Assembly: GCF_006345805.1 (NCBI RefSeq)
Contig: NC_043002.1
Span: 69,936,001 to 70,000,000 of the forward strand
From: Octopus sinensis
Taxonomy: Eukaryota
Direction: 5' to 3'
DNA length: 64,000 bases
The translations under genes and the position numbers were made by a program. Below, piece by piece: positions 1 to 13,428 of the stretch. Under the pieces are notes generated by a model, which was not told the origin of the DNA, did not search any database, and saw nothing but the letters and a program-made list of their open reading frames with translations. Positions within the stretch are counted from its first letter, which is position 1. Every line of letters begins with the position of its first letter.

Positions 1-144
1 GCACGATAGAGCGAGTCACGCACCGTTGCTGCACACTGTGATGCGGCCACCCGTGCACCACCACGTTGCCTCCCTTGCAGTGGTTGCAGGACCACCCAAA
101 AAGCCGCCGTTCATCGACGAGCATCAGCAACCTACCCAACCCGT

Positions 145-436
145 GTTTAACGTGTTACCAGCATGGGTACCATTAACATGTCACCGGCAAGGGTGCCTTT
201 AACTTGTTACCAGCATAAGTACCAATAAAATGTCACTAGCATGGGTGCCTTGAATGTGCTACCAGCATGGGTAGCATTAAAATCTCACCAGCATAGGCGC
301 CTTTAATGTGTTACCAACACAGGTGCCATAAACATGTCACCGGCACGAGCACCTTTAACGTGTTACCAGCATGAGGGCCAATAAAATGTCACCAGCATGG
401 GCGCCTTTAATGTGTTGCCAGCATGGGTACCTTTAA
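145..436. repeat. 26-bp minisatellite (about 11 units) with 52-bp dimeric higher-order structure
   Basis: The t(t/c)acc core recurs at 155, 181, 207, 233, 259, 285, 311, 337, 363, 389 and 415. Units alternate between two types. Confidence 0.9.
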
Positions 437-630
437 TGCAAGCATTGAAGCAATTAAAAACACTTGCTGCTTCTGTTGCCTGGTATGATTGTGGTTTGCT
501 TTATGTGTCTTGACCTGCAATACATAAAAACAACATGTCTAAACTGGCTTATCTCCAAAATTGTTTACTGTACACCTTTACTATATGCTACTGAATAGGT
601 CATTGTTGATGCTCTTCTTGACAGAATTAC

Positions 631-814
631 TCTCTCTGTATGGTCAGGAAGCCTACTTTGCAACCATGTGGATTTGGGTTCAGTCCTACTGCACAGCACC
701 TTGGGAGGTGTCTTCTACTATATCTCTCTGTATGGTCAGGAAGCCTACTTTGCAACCATGTGGATTTGGGTTCAGTCCTACTGCACAGCACCTTGGGAGG
801 TGTCTTCTACTATA
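631..814 (+). repeat. Perfect 92-bp tandem duplication of a SINE head fragment
   Basis: tctctctgtatggtcaggaagcc...cttctacta occurs at 631-722 and again at 723-814. Confidence 0.9.
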
Positions 815-1149
815 TCTTAAGACCAATCAATGCATTGTGAGTGAATTCGGTGGACAGAAACTGCGTGGAAGCCCATGACATACATACATAAATACACATG
901 CACACACACACACACACACACACACTGAACTATTGAGAAATCTGCAGTTACTCTATCCGGATTACAAGTTCATGTTTATACCTGTAATTGTTGGGGTCCT
1001 GGCATATGTAATGCACTGCCTAAATACCAATCTTGAAAAATTATGCTTCTCAAAACCAGAAAGGAGAAAGATAATTTGAAGATTGCACATCCAATCCATC
1101 ACTGGAACTGTAAAAATCTGTAAAGCTTTCTAGAAGTTTATCATTTAAA

Positions 1150-1220
1150 TATATATGAGCATGTCTAGATATGTAACTATATGCATGAGAGAACATAAAA
1201 CATACAAATCTGCACATACA

Positions 1221-1254
<34 letters not shown>

Positions 1255-1600
1255 CATAAATACATACACACACAAATACAAACAAAAATACCCTGTTGTT
1301 GATGTTGAAATTCCAAAGAAGGAACCTTGGTTCTCAGTTACAAACTGTTTCCTTCTCTATTGGCAAGAAATCTTGAAATAAACAGAATAATGTCATACAT
1401 ATATAAGCATGTCTAGACATGGAACTATACATATGTGAATACACACATAAAACAAAACATACAAATCTGCATATATACATACACACATGTGAAAATACCC
1501 TGTTGATGTTGTTGAAATTCCAAGGAAGGAGCCTTGGATCTAGATTAGAAACTACCTCTTTTGGCAAGAAGTCTTGAAATAAAACTGAATAATAACATAC
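1150..1600. repeat. Diverged tandem dimer of a roughly 200-250 bp repeat
   Basis: gcatgtctaga...catacaaatctgca...aaaataccctgttg...gaaattccaa...ttggcaagaa.tcttgaaataaa is present twice. Confidence 0.8.
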
Positions 1601-2367
1601 ATACATACATACATACATACATTTATGTATATATGTCTGTGTGTCTTTGTATTTGTGATTGTCCCCTACTGCTGTTTGAATGGTGCAGGTGTGGTTGTAT
1701 CGCAAGAAGTTTGCTTCCCACCACATACTTCTGGGTTCGGTCCCACTGCATGACACCTTGGGCAGGTATCATCTATTATAGTCTTAGGCCAACCAAAGCC
1801 TTGTAATGACATTTGGTAGACAGATTGTTCACATCTATGTAACTTAGTGGTTCAGCAAAAGAAACCTGTAGAATAAGTACCAGACTTTAAGACTAAGTAC
1901 TGGGGTTGAATTGTTTGAGTAAATCCTTCAAGACAATAACCCTGCAATGAATGAAACAAGAAATAGAAAGAATAGGGACACAGAATCGATTCATAGCATT
2001 TAAAAAAATTTTTCTTATGCAATTTATATTTCAAAGAGACAAAACCTTTCTTAGTCTCATAATCTTCTGTTATAATTCCATTTATGTCTAGGATTATTTA
2101 TAGGTGCAGATATGGTTGTGTGGTTAAGAAGTTTGTTTCCTAGCCACATGGCTCCAGGTTCAGTCCCACTTTGTAGCATCTTGGGCAAATGTCTTCTACT
2201 ATAGCTCCTGGTTGGCAAAAGTCTTGTGAGTGAATTTGATTAATAGAAACTGAAAGAAGCCCTCAGTATGTGTATGTGTGCGTGTATGTGTGTATACATA
2301 TAAATATATATAAATTATATACACACACACACACGTATATACATATATAAACACACACACACACATA

Positions 2368-3214
2368 CAGGGTGCAATGGGTAAACTGTTGTCATTTTAT
2401 ATTTTTTATTTTGTGCATTGTTTGTTTTTGATTTTGTTGACTACACAGTATAGCAGGGTCAGTTGGGCACCTTCTCTGAGAAAAACAACACCATGATGCA
2501 ATTCACTCAGCCAGAAATTTGGAAACGGCATGCTGTACTGCTTGACATTCATGCTGGAAGCCCAATACAAATGTTTCAGAGTGTTTGGGTGTCAATCTGA
2601 GGACATGTACCAAGAGTGATAAAAATCAAACATCCACTCAACATCATGATGTTTGGAGTGATTGCTAGTGATGGTGTCATCATGCTTCCATTCATCTTCC
2701 CACAGCAGCCTATATCAAGTGCCTGGAGGAGATAGTGCTGCCCTGGTTCAAGACGGTGATTGTGAGAAGACCCCTATGTCTGGCAACAGGACTCTGTACT
2801 GTGCCACACATGCAGGAGAGCCCAGTCATGGCTGTCAGACAATTTCTATGATCACATCACTACTAACATCTGGCCACCTAACTCCCCAGACTGCAATCCC
2901 TTGATTATTATGTGTGGAGTGCAGTTGAGCAAGAGACCGACAAAACTCCTTGTAGCACCAAAGATGAACAGAAGGCAAGGATTATGGCAGCATTCACCAA
3001 CTTAAACAAGGAGACCATCCAGAAGAGTTGCAGGAAATTCCGAAGTCATCTGGAGGCCATGGTTGAAGCCAATAGGAATTTTATTGAATAGATTTACTCT
3101 TTACTATTTCAAGATATTTTAATGTAATTTTGGTAAATATATCTCTTAAAATGAGATGTCAGTGTTATTTTCGAATTTGCGTAATTTAGGTGATAGTTTA
3201 TTTACCACACCCTG
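2368..3214 (+). mobile_element. Internally deleted Tc1/mariner element, DD37D (maT-like)
   Basis: Flanked by TA. Imperfect TIRs cagggtgcaatgggtaaac / gtttatttaccacaccctg. Decayed transposase WQQDS...IWPPNSPDCNPL(D)Y...AMVEANRNFIE*. After correcting one 1-nt deletion there are 37 residues between the second and third Asp. Confidence 0.85.
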
Positions 3215-3366
3215 TATATATATATATAAAACAATTGCAGCGTGGAAGGTGTTTATAAGCCATTTAAAAATACACAAAACCTGTTAGTTTCACTTCAACA
3301 TTTAAATTTTATTTATCAAAATATTTTTGTCGCTTTGAAACCACAACCTGTTCACTGACAAAATTC

Positions 3367-3415
<49 letters not shown>

Positions 3416-3763
3416 TATATATATGTATTGTTTGTGTGTTGATGCCATATATCCATGTAAACACAAACTGAAAAACAAATTTCTCTCTACATCCTCCTCT
3501 TCCTTCTCCTTCACTTCTTCTTCCTCCTCCTCCTTCTGTCTCTCACTCATTCTCTCTCTCTTTCTCTTCCCACTCTCATTCACTCTGTTTTTATATCTCA
3601 GCCATATACATACCCATACAGTCTCCTTATTTATTTACTATTCCTCTCATCTATGCTCTCACATACACAAATGAATATATACACACTTCTATACACACAT
3701 GTATGTACGTACATATGTATGTATGTATATATGTATGTATTATATATATATATATATATATGA

Positions 3764-3799
<36 letters not shown>

Positions 3800-4084
3800 A
3801 AGCACACGCACATACATGTGTGTGTGTGTGTATGTATATACACAAACATGTGTGTATATATATATATATACATACACATATATGATGAAGGAAACTTTAA
3901 TCGACATATCAGTAATCATATACTCAAAGTCCAAATAGTTACACACACACACACACACACACACACAAATATGCTTTATGTATATCTACAGTCATCTTCA
4001 AAATTATTCTTACCCTTGTTAATTTTTGTGATTTCTTTTTATTTTTGTGATGAATGAATGCATTTTGTCAAGTTTGTTTATGAA

Positions 4085-4885
<801 letters not shown>

Positions 4886-5224
4886 GGCATAATTATAAAC
4901 AGGACAAATTTTAGCCCTTTCTCCACAGACTGAAAAAATGATGAACAACCTTAATCAAATTTCGAACCTTGTTGGGTTCTCATCAGAGGTATCCACATCA
5001 TTCTGACAGTCTCCAGAGAAACAAGCAGCCAAACTGTTTATATACTCAACAAACGCAGCAGTTACTCTATGAAGGAGTCCCTAATTTGTATTCTGAAAGT
5101 GTTTAACACTCTATAAATACCAGCGGCCTATCAACGGGGTTCTTAGTCCACACAGAATTGAGGTATGATATAATAAATATGTAATATATGGTATACACAT
5201 AGGTGTTTCTGTGTGGCAGGAAGT

Positions 5225-5468
5225 TCGCGTCTCTTGCAGTGGGCTGGCAGAAATGGTAGCATGCCGAGCGAAATGCTTAGCAGTATTTTATCTGCTGTTA
5301 TGTTCTGAGTTCAAATTCCACCGAGGTTGACTTTGCCTTTCATCCTTTCGGGGTCGATAAATTAAGTACCAGTTACACACTGGGGTCGATCTAATCAACT
5401 TAATCCCTTTGTCTGTCCTTGTTTGTCCTCTCTATGTTTAGCCCCTTGTGGGCAATAAAGAAATAAGA
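5225..5468 (+). mobile_element. tRNA-derived SINE, family B (head gagctggcagaa..., B box gagttcaaattcc), inserted into a family A SINE
   Basis: The same sequence recurs at about 16897-17150 (-), 38335-38790 (-, two copies), 45850-46660 (+, several) and 51745-51890 (+). Confidence 0.8.
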
Positions 5469-5914
5469 GGTTCGCTTCTCAACCACATGGTTCCAGAGTT
5501 CAGCCCCACAGTGTGGCACATTGGGTAACTGTCTTCTATCACAACTTCAGGTCAATCAAGACCTTGTGAGTGGATTTAGTAGATGGAAACTGAAAGAAAC
5601 CTGTCATATGTATGTGTGCGTGTGTGACTATTTGTCCCACCACCACCACCACCACTTGACAACCGGGGTGGTGTGCTTACATCTCCATAACTTAAAAGTT
5701 CAACAAAGAGAGAACGATAGAATGAGTACCAGGCTTTAAATATGTACGTACTGGGTTGATTCATTTAACTAAAACTCTTGAAGGCAGTGCTCCAGCATGG
5801 CTGCAATCTAATGGCTGAAACATGGTAAAAGGTAAAAGGCAATATATGTATTATACATGCAGTTAAATGAATCAGCCACAGTGCTTTGTTTTATAAGCCT
5901 GTTACTTATTTTAT

Positions 5915-6245
5915 GTGAGGGTGCATGGCTCAATGGTTAGAGATTTGGGCTTACACTCTTGAGATTATGAGTTCAATTCCTGGACTGGGCTGTCCATTGC
6001 TTTCTTGTGCAAGATACTTCATTTCACATTGCTCCTGTTCAGTCAGCTGTAGAAATGAGTTGTGATGTCACTGGTGCCAAGCTGTATCGGCCTTTATCAG
6101 TGGATAACATGAGTGGTGTAGAGAGGGAACGCTGGAATGCATGGGCAACTGCTGGTCTTCCATAAACAACACTACCCAGACTTGTGCTCAGAGGGGAACA
6201 TTCTAGGTGCAATCCCATGGTCATATGTAACCAGAGGGGTTCGTC
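5915..6245 (+). mobile_element. tRNA-derived SINE, family C
   Basis: A box tggctcaatgg, B box gagttcaattcc, then a core-like tgtgcaagatact. Relatives at about 32005-32240 (+), 34880-35075 (+) and 41440-41750 (-). Confidence 0.7.
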
Positions 6246-6661
6246 AAATATATATGTGTAGACACATGTATAAATAAGCGTGTGTACACTTATATATACA
6301 TATGTTATTGTACTTTCGGAAAGTCATTCAGTCCAGAAACAAAGGCTCACTGGTTGGAATACACTTTAGATTTTATTGTTAAGTAATCTATTAACCAATA
6401 AATTAATTATTGATTAATTCGCCAGAAACTGTCCGTCAGCTACTGAGTCTTTTTGAATGATTTCTCATTCAGAAACATTTTATTACCGGAATGACCTTTC
6501 TGTAAGTACAACAAAGCGGTTTCAATTCATGATTTTAATATGATGAATGATGCAAAACAAATAGAAAACAGTTACATATGTCAACATACAGGCACTCACA
6601 TACACAACCACACATACATACGCATGTATATTTATATATTTATCTATGTAGCATAACATAC

Positions 6662-6712
<51 letters not shown>

Positions 6713-6827
6713 TAATAATAGAGAGAGGGGGAGAGGGAGAGAGAGAAAGATAGGCAAGCAAAACAAGTATATATTTATGAACATGTATGTGTGTGTATAT
6801 ACATATATGTATATATATATATATATG

Positions 6828-6867
<40 letters not shown>

Positions 6868-6870
<3 letters not shown>

Positions 6871-8423
6871 TAATATATAAAATCCGTTCTGTCTGTCTGT
6901 CTGTTTGTGCACTTATAACTCGAGTATTGTTCATCCAATCATGCTGAAATTTTAAGCATTCCATAATCTAAAAAGATTTTCAAGGTGGAAATTACTATCT
7001 TTGTAATCTTCTTGTCCTGTTTGTTCTGCCATTAAAATCAACCAGTTGCTCAGACAGCCAGCACATTCCATTTCGCTGGTAACAAGGAGAGTGCAGGATG
7101 ACATTCAACCAAAACCATCACTATGCTGTCTCTCTTATGATGTCCAATTCCACTTGAAGTTGTATATATATATATATATATTGTGTTAAGATTTGTTATC
7201 AATCAATTATCCTTATGAGAAGAAACAGTCAAAAGTAACCACCACATAGAATCACCAAACATCTCCACTACTTAACATCATCCAAGTTAACCCTCTTCAC
7301 CATTACAGCTGACATGAAAAGCTACGCAAAACAGAGAAAAAAATTGATTGCTATTACAATGCGTAAAATTTTGGGGTTCATAATCTTAATCTTTAGTCAC
7401 AGTTTTTCATTCAAACTACATAATAGGCAAAATTGTTGAATTAAGACAGTAGGGTGTTTTGAGGGAGATTTCGCTGCTATTTCTACCTTATCTAGCTACC
7501 ATGTAGAGGTCTCCCTCATTCGCTCATACATACATCATCATCATCATGTATGTATGTATGAGCGAATGAGGGAGACCTCTACATGGTAGCTAGACCTGGT
7601 AGATACATAAAATCAAAATAAAGTACTTGAAGTAACAGTCATCAAATACAAAAGCCAAGGTCCATGCAGTGTCATGAGTCAAAAATATTTCCAACTTCTT
7701 GCCTAATGCAAGCCCTGAGCAATCTCTTATAAAAATTCTTATAAAAATGATAACTCTGTCCAAACTGGTGTGCTAAACACAAATTTTTGTTTATGTAGAG
7801 CTTTAAAATTTTCAAATGAAACAAATGGTATGTGCTGCTCAGGTGGTCAGGTAACATTGCCAGCACTACCAGCTCCTTCTCAACCTCTTATGGATCTTCT
7901 AGAAGGCACTTCCATCCAGTCAAAGGATGCATTTCAAATGATATTGTTTGGTGCATCTAAGAAGATAGATAAACATAAATTTATACCGACATCAAAGTTG
8001 AAGGGCAAATCTATCACCTCATTGGTTCCTTGTTATCCGCAAATGAACAACCACAGTTCCTCAAAATTTACTTTATGAGTGTTGTCGGACAACAAGCCCG
8101 ACAGAAGTGTCAAAATTTTAGATGGTGAGTCGTGTTAGACAGAGCGTCGACTGCTGCAAAGGAGAGTATATCCACTGACAGCTTTTTGGTGCATTCAAAA
8201 ATCACATAACTCCCACCTCCAATTTTCTATGACAGGTTAGGGCCTGAAATACTCCAAACGGATGCATAGCATGTTGCTTAGTTGAATTAGCCCAGCATTT
8301 ATTCCACAAATGTTTTGTTGTCAATGCTGCACTTTCCTATATCACCTGTTTCAACATAATTGTAATATATTATATACAAACTATGCCATTTTAATCTTGA
8401 GCAATGCTGGATATCTCTGCTAG

Positions 8424-8424
<1 letters not shown>
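6868..8424 (+). mobile_element. Decayed Helitron: 5' end, RepHel N-terminal fragment and 3' end, with nested insertions
   Basis: 5' a|tcttaatatataaaatccgttctgtctgtc. ORF 7770-8078 plus a shifted frame give CCSGGQVTLPAL..., FQM..FGA and KVEGQIYHLIGSLL...PQFLKIYF, motifs of Helitron N-terminal regions. 3' end gagcaatgctggatatctctgCTAG|t. Confidence 0.75.
7483..7602. repeat. Perfect 45-bp inverted repeat with a 14-nt loop
   Basis: Arms 7491-7535 and 7550-7594 are exact reverse complements. A further 5 bp pair beyond a 3-nt mismatch. Confidence 0.95.
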
Positions 8425-8456
<32 letters not shown>

Positions 8457-9370
8457 CAATAAGAAAATGGAGGGGATCAATAGGTGGTTCATCAACTTTT
8501 AAACATTGTATTATGTCAATTTATTTATTTATTTACTAAAATGACAATTACAAGAATATACATACATGTATAACATATTATGCTTTACATATAAAATATA
8601 TTAATATATAAAGATACCAGTAATTATTAAAATATAACATACGGGAATATAAATTTGGAAAATATCTTACAGTTGTTTCAGCCAAGAGGCAAAAATACTT
8701 CATTCTACTTTTGTTCCTCCAGTAGACTGAAGTAATTAGTAGATGAAATTGAGGTACTTGGGTGTTTCTCTAGGCTTTGTCAGAGATTTTAGAAAGTACA
8801 CAAGGTTAAATTATAAATATAAATAATAATAATTGATTATTGTATATGCTTATATATGTAAATATGTATGTACATTTAAGTGTAGGTTTATGTATTTATG
8901 TATATTTATATATGTATGCACATGTATATGTATAAGCGTGTTGATGGTGCTGTATATAAATATCAATCCCAGTATTTGACTGATATTTTGTTGTACCAAG
9001 CACTGAAAGAGGGAAGGCAAAGTTGACATTTGAACTCAGAATGTATACGGCTGGAACTGAAAACTGCAAAGCATTTTCCCTGTGTTGATGATTCTGACAA
9101 TACACAGGGTCATCATCATCACCACTATCATTGTTTTAATGTACACTTTTCTATGCTTTCATGAGTCAAATGAAATTTATTGGGGTAGATTTTCTACAGC
9201 TGGATGCCCTTCCTGTCACCAACCTTTAAATGTTCCAAGCAAAGCAATATTTCTCCTTGGCCAGACATGTTTTTACAGAAAACTAGGAATGTATGAGCAT
9301 CATTTGTTTGATGGTGATGTTTGTTTACAACCATCAAGTAATCCCAGGACATGAAGAGAGAGAGAGAGGT

Positions 9371-9494
<124 letters not shown>

Positions 9495-10820
9495 TCTTTC
9501 AGTACCCTACTAACAAGGCATTGTAGTAGAAAATACATGCTCAAGCTGTTATGTTGTGGGGACAGAACTTGTAACTGTGTGGTTGGGAAATAAACTAGTT
9601 AACCACACAGCCACCAGACGCTGGATGAATTTTTTCTTTTTTTGGAAATACTTTATCATAAAAAAGAAAATATTTTACATCCATTTCTCCATGCTTTTAT
9701 GGGGGAGATGAAGTATTTCTTGAAGATGTTATTTTCACAGCTTGATAACAAGGGACCTAGTACGTGGTTGCTAAGCCTGCTAGAAATAGCAGCCAAATTT
9801 CCTTAATAAAAAGAAAATACCCTATTGACTTAGAGAAGAAAGAGTATATACGATGATGTAGTCCTACATATTCCAAAAAAAAAAAAATGGGTGGTCATGG
9901 TAGGAATGCCTTTGTCCTTAAGTCTGCTTGGTCAAAGTTGACTTGGAGTCAAACATCAGCGACTGCTAGCATCTTGATTTGGATTTATGAATTGACTGTA
10001 GGTGTGTGTATGTATGTGTTTTATTATTTTCATTCTGGCAAGTTGAAGCAAGAACAATCCTCTCTTGTTCAGAGCACAACAATATGACAGGCTTAATCTC
10101 TGAGTTATCGTGCCTCATATCTACAAAAATACAATCAAAAATCAAATGCACATATACATACATACAGGCATACATACATACATATATGCATGCATACATT
10201 ACACACACACACACACATATTGATAGTTGTTTATGTTCCAGATAAAACTCTTCCACTTCTTAAGTGCCGTTGTAGTCATTGAAGTGCTCTGTTCTAAATT
10301 TTTAATATTTCCTCCTTACATCACTCATTGACATTTTTATTTTCCTAGATTGACCTGTGTTATTGTAGACCTTCACTACCAGTCTCTTCGAACTCTGTTG
10401 GACAGAATAATTTATTTATTTATAGCTTGTGAAAAGCTAATCAAATATGATTATAACCAACAGATTCAGTAATATATAAAAACTGTTTATTTTGCTGTGT
10501 ACTTGGACTTAGGACTATAACACATGATTGTACCAATAGTAATAACAATGAAGACAATAAATGACCTAATTTTGGTTCATTAAATGCAGATTATTTATTT
10601 AATAAGGATTATATCATATAGGTACAAGTATGGCTGTTTGGTAAGAAGTTTGCTTCCAAACTACATGGTTCCGGGTTCAATCCCACTGCATAGCACCTTG
10701 GTACTGTGGGCAAGTGATTTCTACTATAGACCAATCAAAGCTTTGTGAATGGATATGGTAGACAGAAACTGAAAGAAGACGACCATCTATGTATATGTAT
10801 ATATAAATATATATATATAT

Positions 10821-12069
10821 TTTTTTTTCAATTACATGAGCTAAAAGTCAGAGGGGGATGGGATAAACTATTTGCATCAACTTGCAATAAAAGCTGGTAG
10901 TAATTTTACATTGTCTTTATTCTTAGTATAAGTTTTCAAGAGTGCAGTTCGATTTTTTCAAAGCTATAATGGAAGTGACAAAGGAGCATATTTGGCATAT
11001 TTTGCTTTATGAGTTCAGTAAAGGCAACAATGCAACGGAAAGTGCAAGGAATATTAATGCAGTATATGGGGATCAGATAATAAGCATAAGCCAGTGTCAA
11101 TGTTGGTTCTAGAAATTCTGAGCCGGAAACTACAGTCTAGAAGACTAGCCTCGTCTTGGAAGATCTGTAGAGCTCAACGAGGACATCCTTCAAATTCTGG
11201 TGGAACAAAATCCCTTGTAGCTATTGAAGAACTAGGAGAGAAGCTTGGATTTAATCATTGAACCATTCATTGACACCTGCATGTCATTGGAAAAGTCAGC
11301 AAACTGAGTTAATGGGTTCCTCACAAACTTTCCAAGTCTAACCGCTCGCAGAGAGTGAATGTAAGCTCTTCTTTGCTGTCACGTCTCATGACTGAACCTT
11401 TTTTGGACCGAATAGTAACTGATGAGAAATGAGTTTTCTATAAAAATATCAAGCACTGAAGACTGGGTAGGTAAAGGAGAAACACCAGCACTTCAAGCTA
11501 AAGAAGGTCTTCACCCAGGTAAGGTGTTGTTATCTGTTTAGTGGGATATAAAAGGTTTAGTCCACTTTGAACTTTTAAACCCAAACCAAATGATATCAAA
11601 GGAGGTCTACTGTGAGCAGCTGGAGTGACTTAAGTGAACTCTAGAAGAAAAACGACCATCTTTAGTTTCAAGATGAGAGGTGTTCTTCCATCAGGATAAT
11701 GCTCGGCTACATACAGCAAGGATGACATTCCAAAGGCTGGAGCAGTTTGAATAGGAAACGAAACCCCACCCACCATATTTGCCAGACATTGCCCCTTCTG
11801 ATTATCATTTATTCCGCAGTCTTCAAAATCATTTGGAGGGGAAAAATATGAATTCTGTAGATTATGTCAGAACAATACTGGAGGAGTATTCCTCATCATG
11901 GGCATGGAAATTTTGGAAGATGGGCCTTGCAAGTCTACCAGATAGATGGAAGAACATTGTAGAAAATAAAGAAGAGAATGTTTTAGATTAAAAAGAACTT
12001 TGTTTATCTTAATTTTGAAAAATAAAAGAAGTATAAAAAAAAACACATTATTTATGGGATGACCCAGTA
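10821..12069 (+). mobile_element. Decayed mariner element (Mos1/SETMAR-like transposase pseudogene)
   Basis: ATG at 10969 gives MEVTKEHIWHILLYEFSKGNNATESARNINAVYG...WF*KF. Later HQDNA and YLPDIAPSDYHLFRSLQNHL...LPDRWKNIVE to 11991. The right TIR ends atgggatgacccag-TA; the left TIR is lost. Many stops. Confidence 0.9.
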
Positions 12070-12075
12070 TATTCA

Positions 12076-12269
12076 CAGTGTGACCCAAAAGTCACAATGG
12101 TATTGATAATTCATTTGCATTCTATTTTAAGTTTACAATATCTTAGCACCATATACAGTTTATATATAAAAAATATATAAAATCACATCTTGTAAATTAC
12201 AAATAAAAAGTGAAATTAAAACAGATTTATTAAAATTTCATACCCCTTTGTGACTTTTGGGCCACCCTG
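12076..12269. mobile_element. About 194-bp MITE with Tc1/mariner-type TIRs, abutting the mariner
   Basis: TIRs cagtgtgacccaaaagtcaca / tgtgacttttgggccaccctg followed by TA. AT-rich non-coding interior. Confidence 0.8.
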
Positions 12270-12897
12270 TATATACCCTGTGTATGTGTCCTGTGTGTGT
12301 GTGTGAGACAAACCATGTCATTCATTTCCAATATTCTGCAAGAACAGTCTGGTCATTGAGAAATATTGCGTTGCTTGGAAATAGATGAGGTTTGGCAGCA
12401 GAAAATCTGTCTCATTAGACACTGACTCATGCAAACATGGTAAAGTGGGACCTAAAAATAATGATGATGATGATGATGACTGCAATGAGTAGCAGAATCA
12501 GTAAAGTGCTAGAGAAATAGATTGTGATATTTAGGTGTGTCCTTTTACATTTTGCAATCAAATCCCTTTGAGACTGACATTTCATGTAATCTTTCTGGGA
12601 TTCATAAAAAAAAAGCCACATGTTTCAGTCAAATCCTATCTTGATTAAATTTTTCATTAAATTGACTAAACCTGCTCTAAAATGTTGTACCCTGTGACAA
12701 GCTATGATATTGTTATTTTAATGGGATATATAAGTGCAAGCATGGCTATATGGTTAAGATGTTTGTTTCTAACCCAACAGGTTTTGGGTTCAGTTCCACT
12801 GCATAGCACCTTTGGCAAATGTTCTTTTACTATAACCCTTGGCTGAACAAAGTCTTGTGAGTTGATTTGGTAAACAGAAGCTGAAAGAAGCCTGTTA

Positions 12898-12958
<61 letters not shown>

Positions 12959-12971
12959 CATAAAAAACACC

Positions 12972-13176
12972 ATGGGTGTGGGCGTTGCCAGTGCCGCCTG
13001 ACTGGTGGCACGTAAAAGCACCACCCACTACACTCTCGGAGTGGTTGGCGTTAGGGAGAGCGTCCTGCTGTAGAAACTCTGCCAGATCAGATTGGAGCCA
13101 GGTACAGCCATCTGGTTTGCCAGTCCTCAATCAAATCATCCAACCCATGCTAGCATGAAAAGCGGACGTTAAATGA
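12972..13176 (+). mobile_element. Short retroposon or LINE 3'-end family D with (ATG)n tail
   Basis: gtggcacgtaaaagcacc...gcatccagctgtagaaa...ccaacccatgctagcatg...acgttaaatgat. Copies at about 26014-26600, 40850-41000, 45390-45525 and 55090-55315 (+), and 9110-9350, 29560-29700, 53960-54125 and 63345-63700 (-). Confidence 0.7.
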
Positions 13177-13390
13177 TATATGATATATATATATATATAT
13201 ATATATGTATCTCAAATTTGCAGAAAACAAAAGATGAAGATGGGTGAAGGAACTACAAGAAGGGGTATTAGTTTAATGCCTAGGAAGAATGGAAGCGTTT
13301 TTGACACTTTGAGCCTACATTCTTCAACAGAAAGGGTTGAGAGGGAATAAAACAGAGAGAGAACAAAAACAGAGTGAGAAAAAATGTGTT

Positions 13391-13428
<38 letters not shown>

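Noticed and set aside
8124-8130. Strong donor gatg|gtgagt in the right phase for ACBD5 exon 1
   Set aside because: The upstream translation has no ACBP similarity and lies within the Helitron RepHel remnant.
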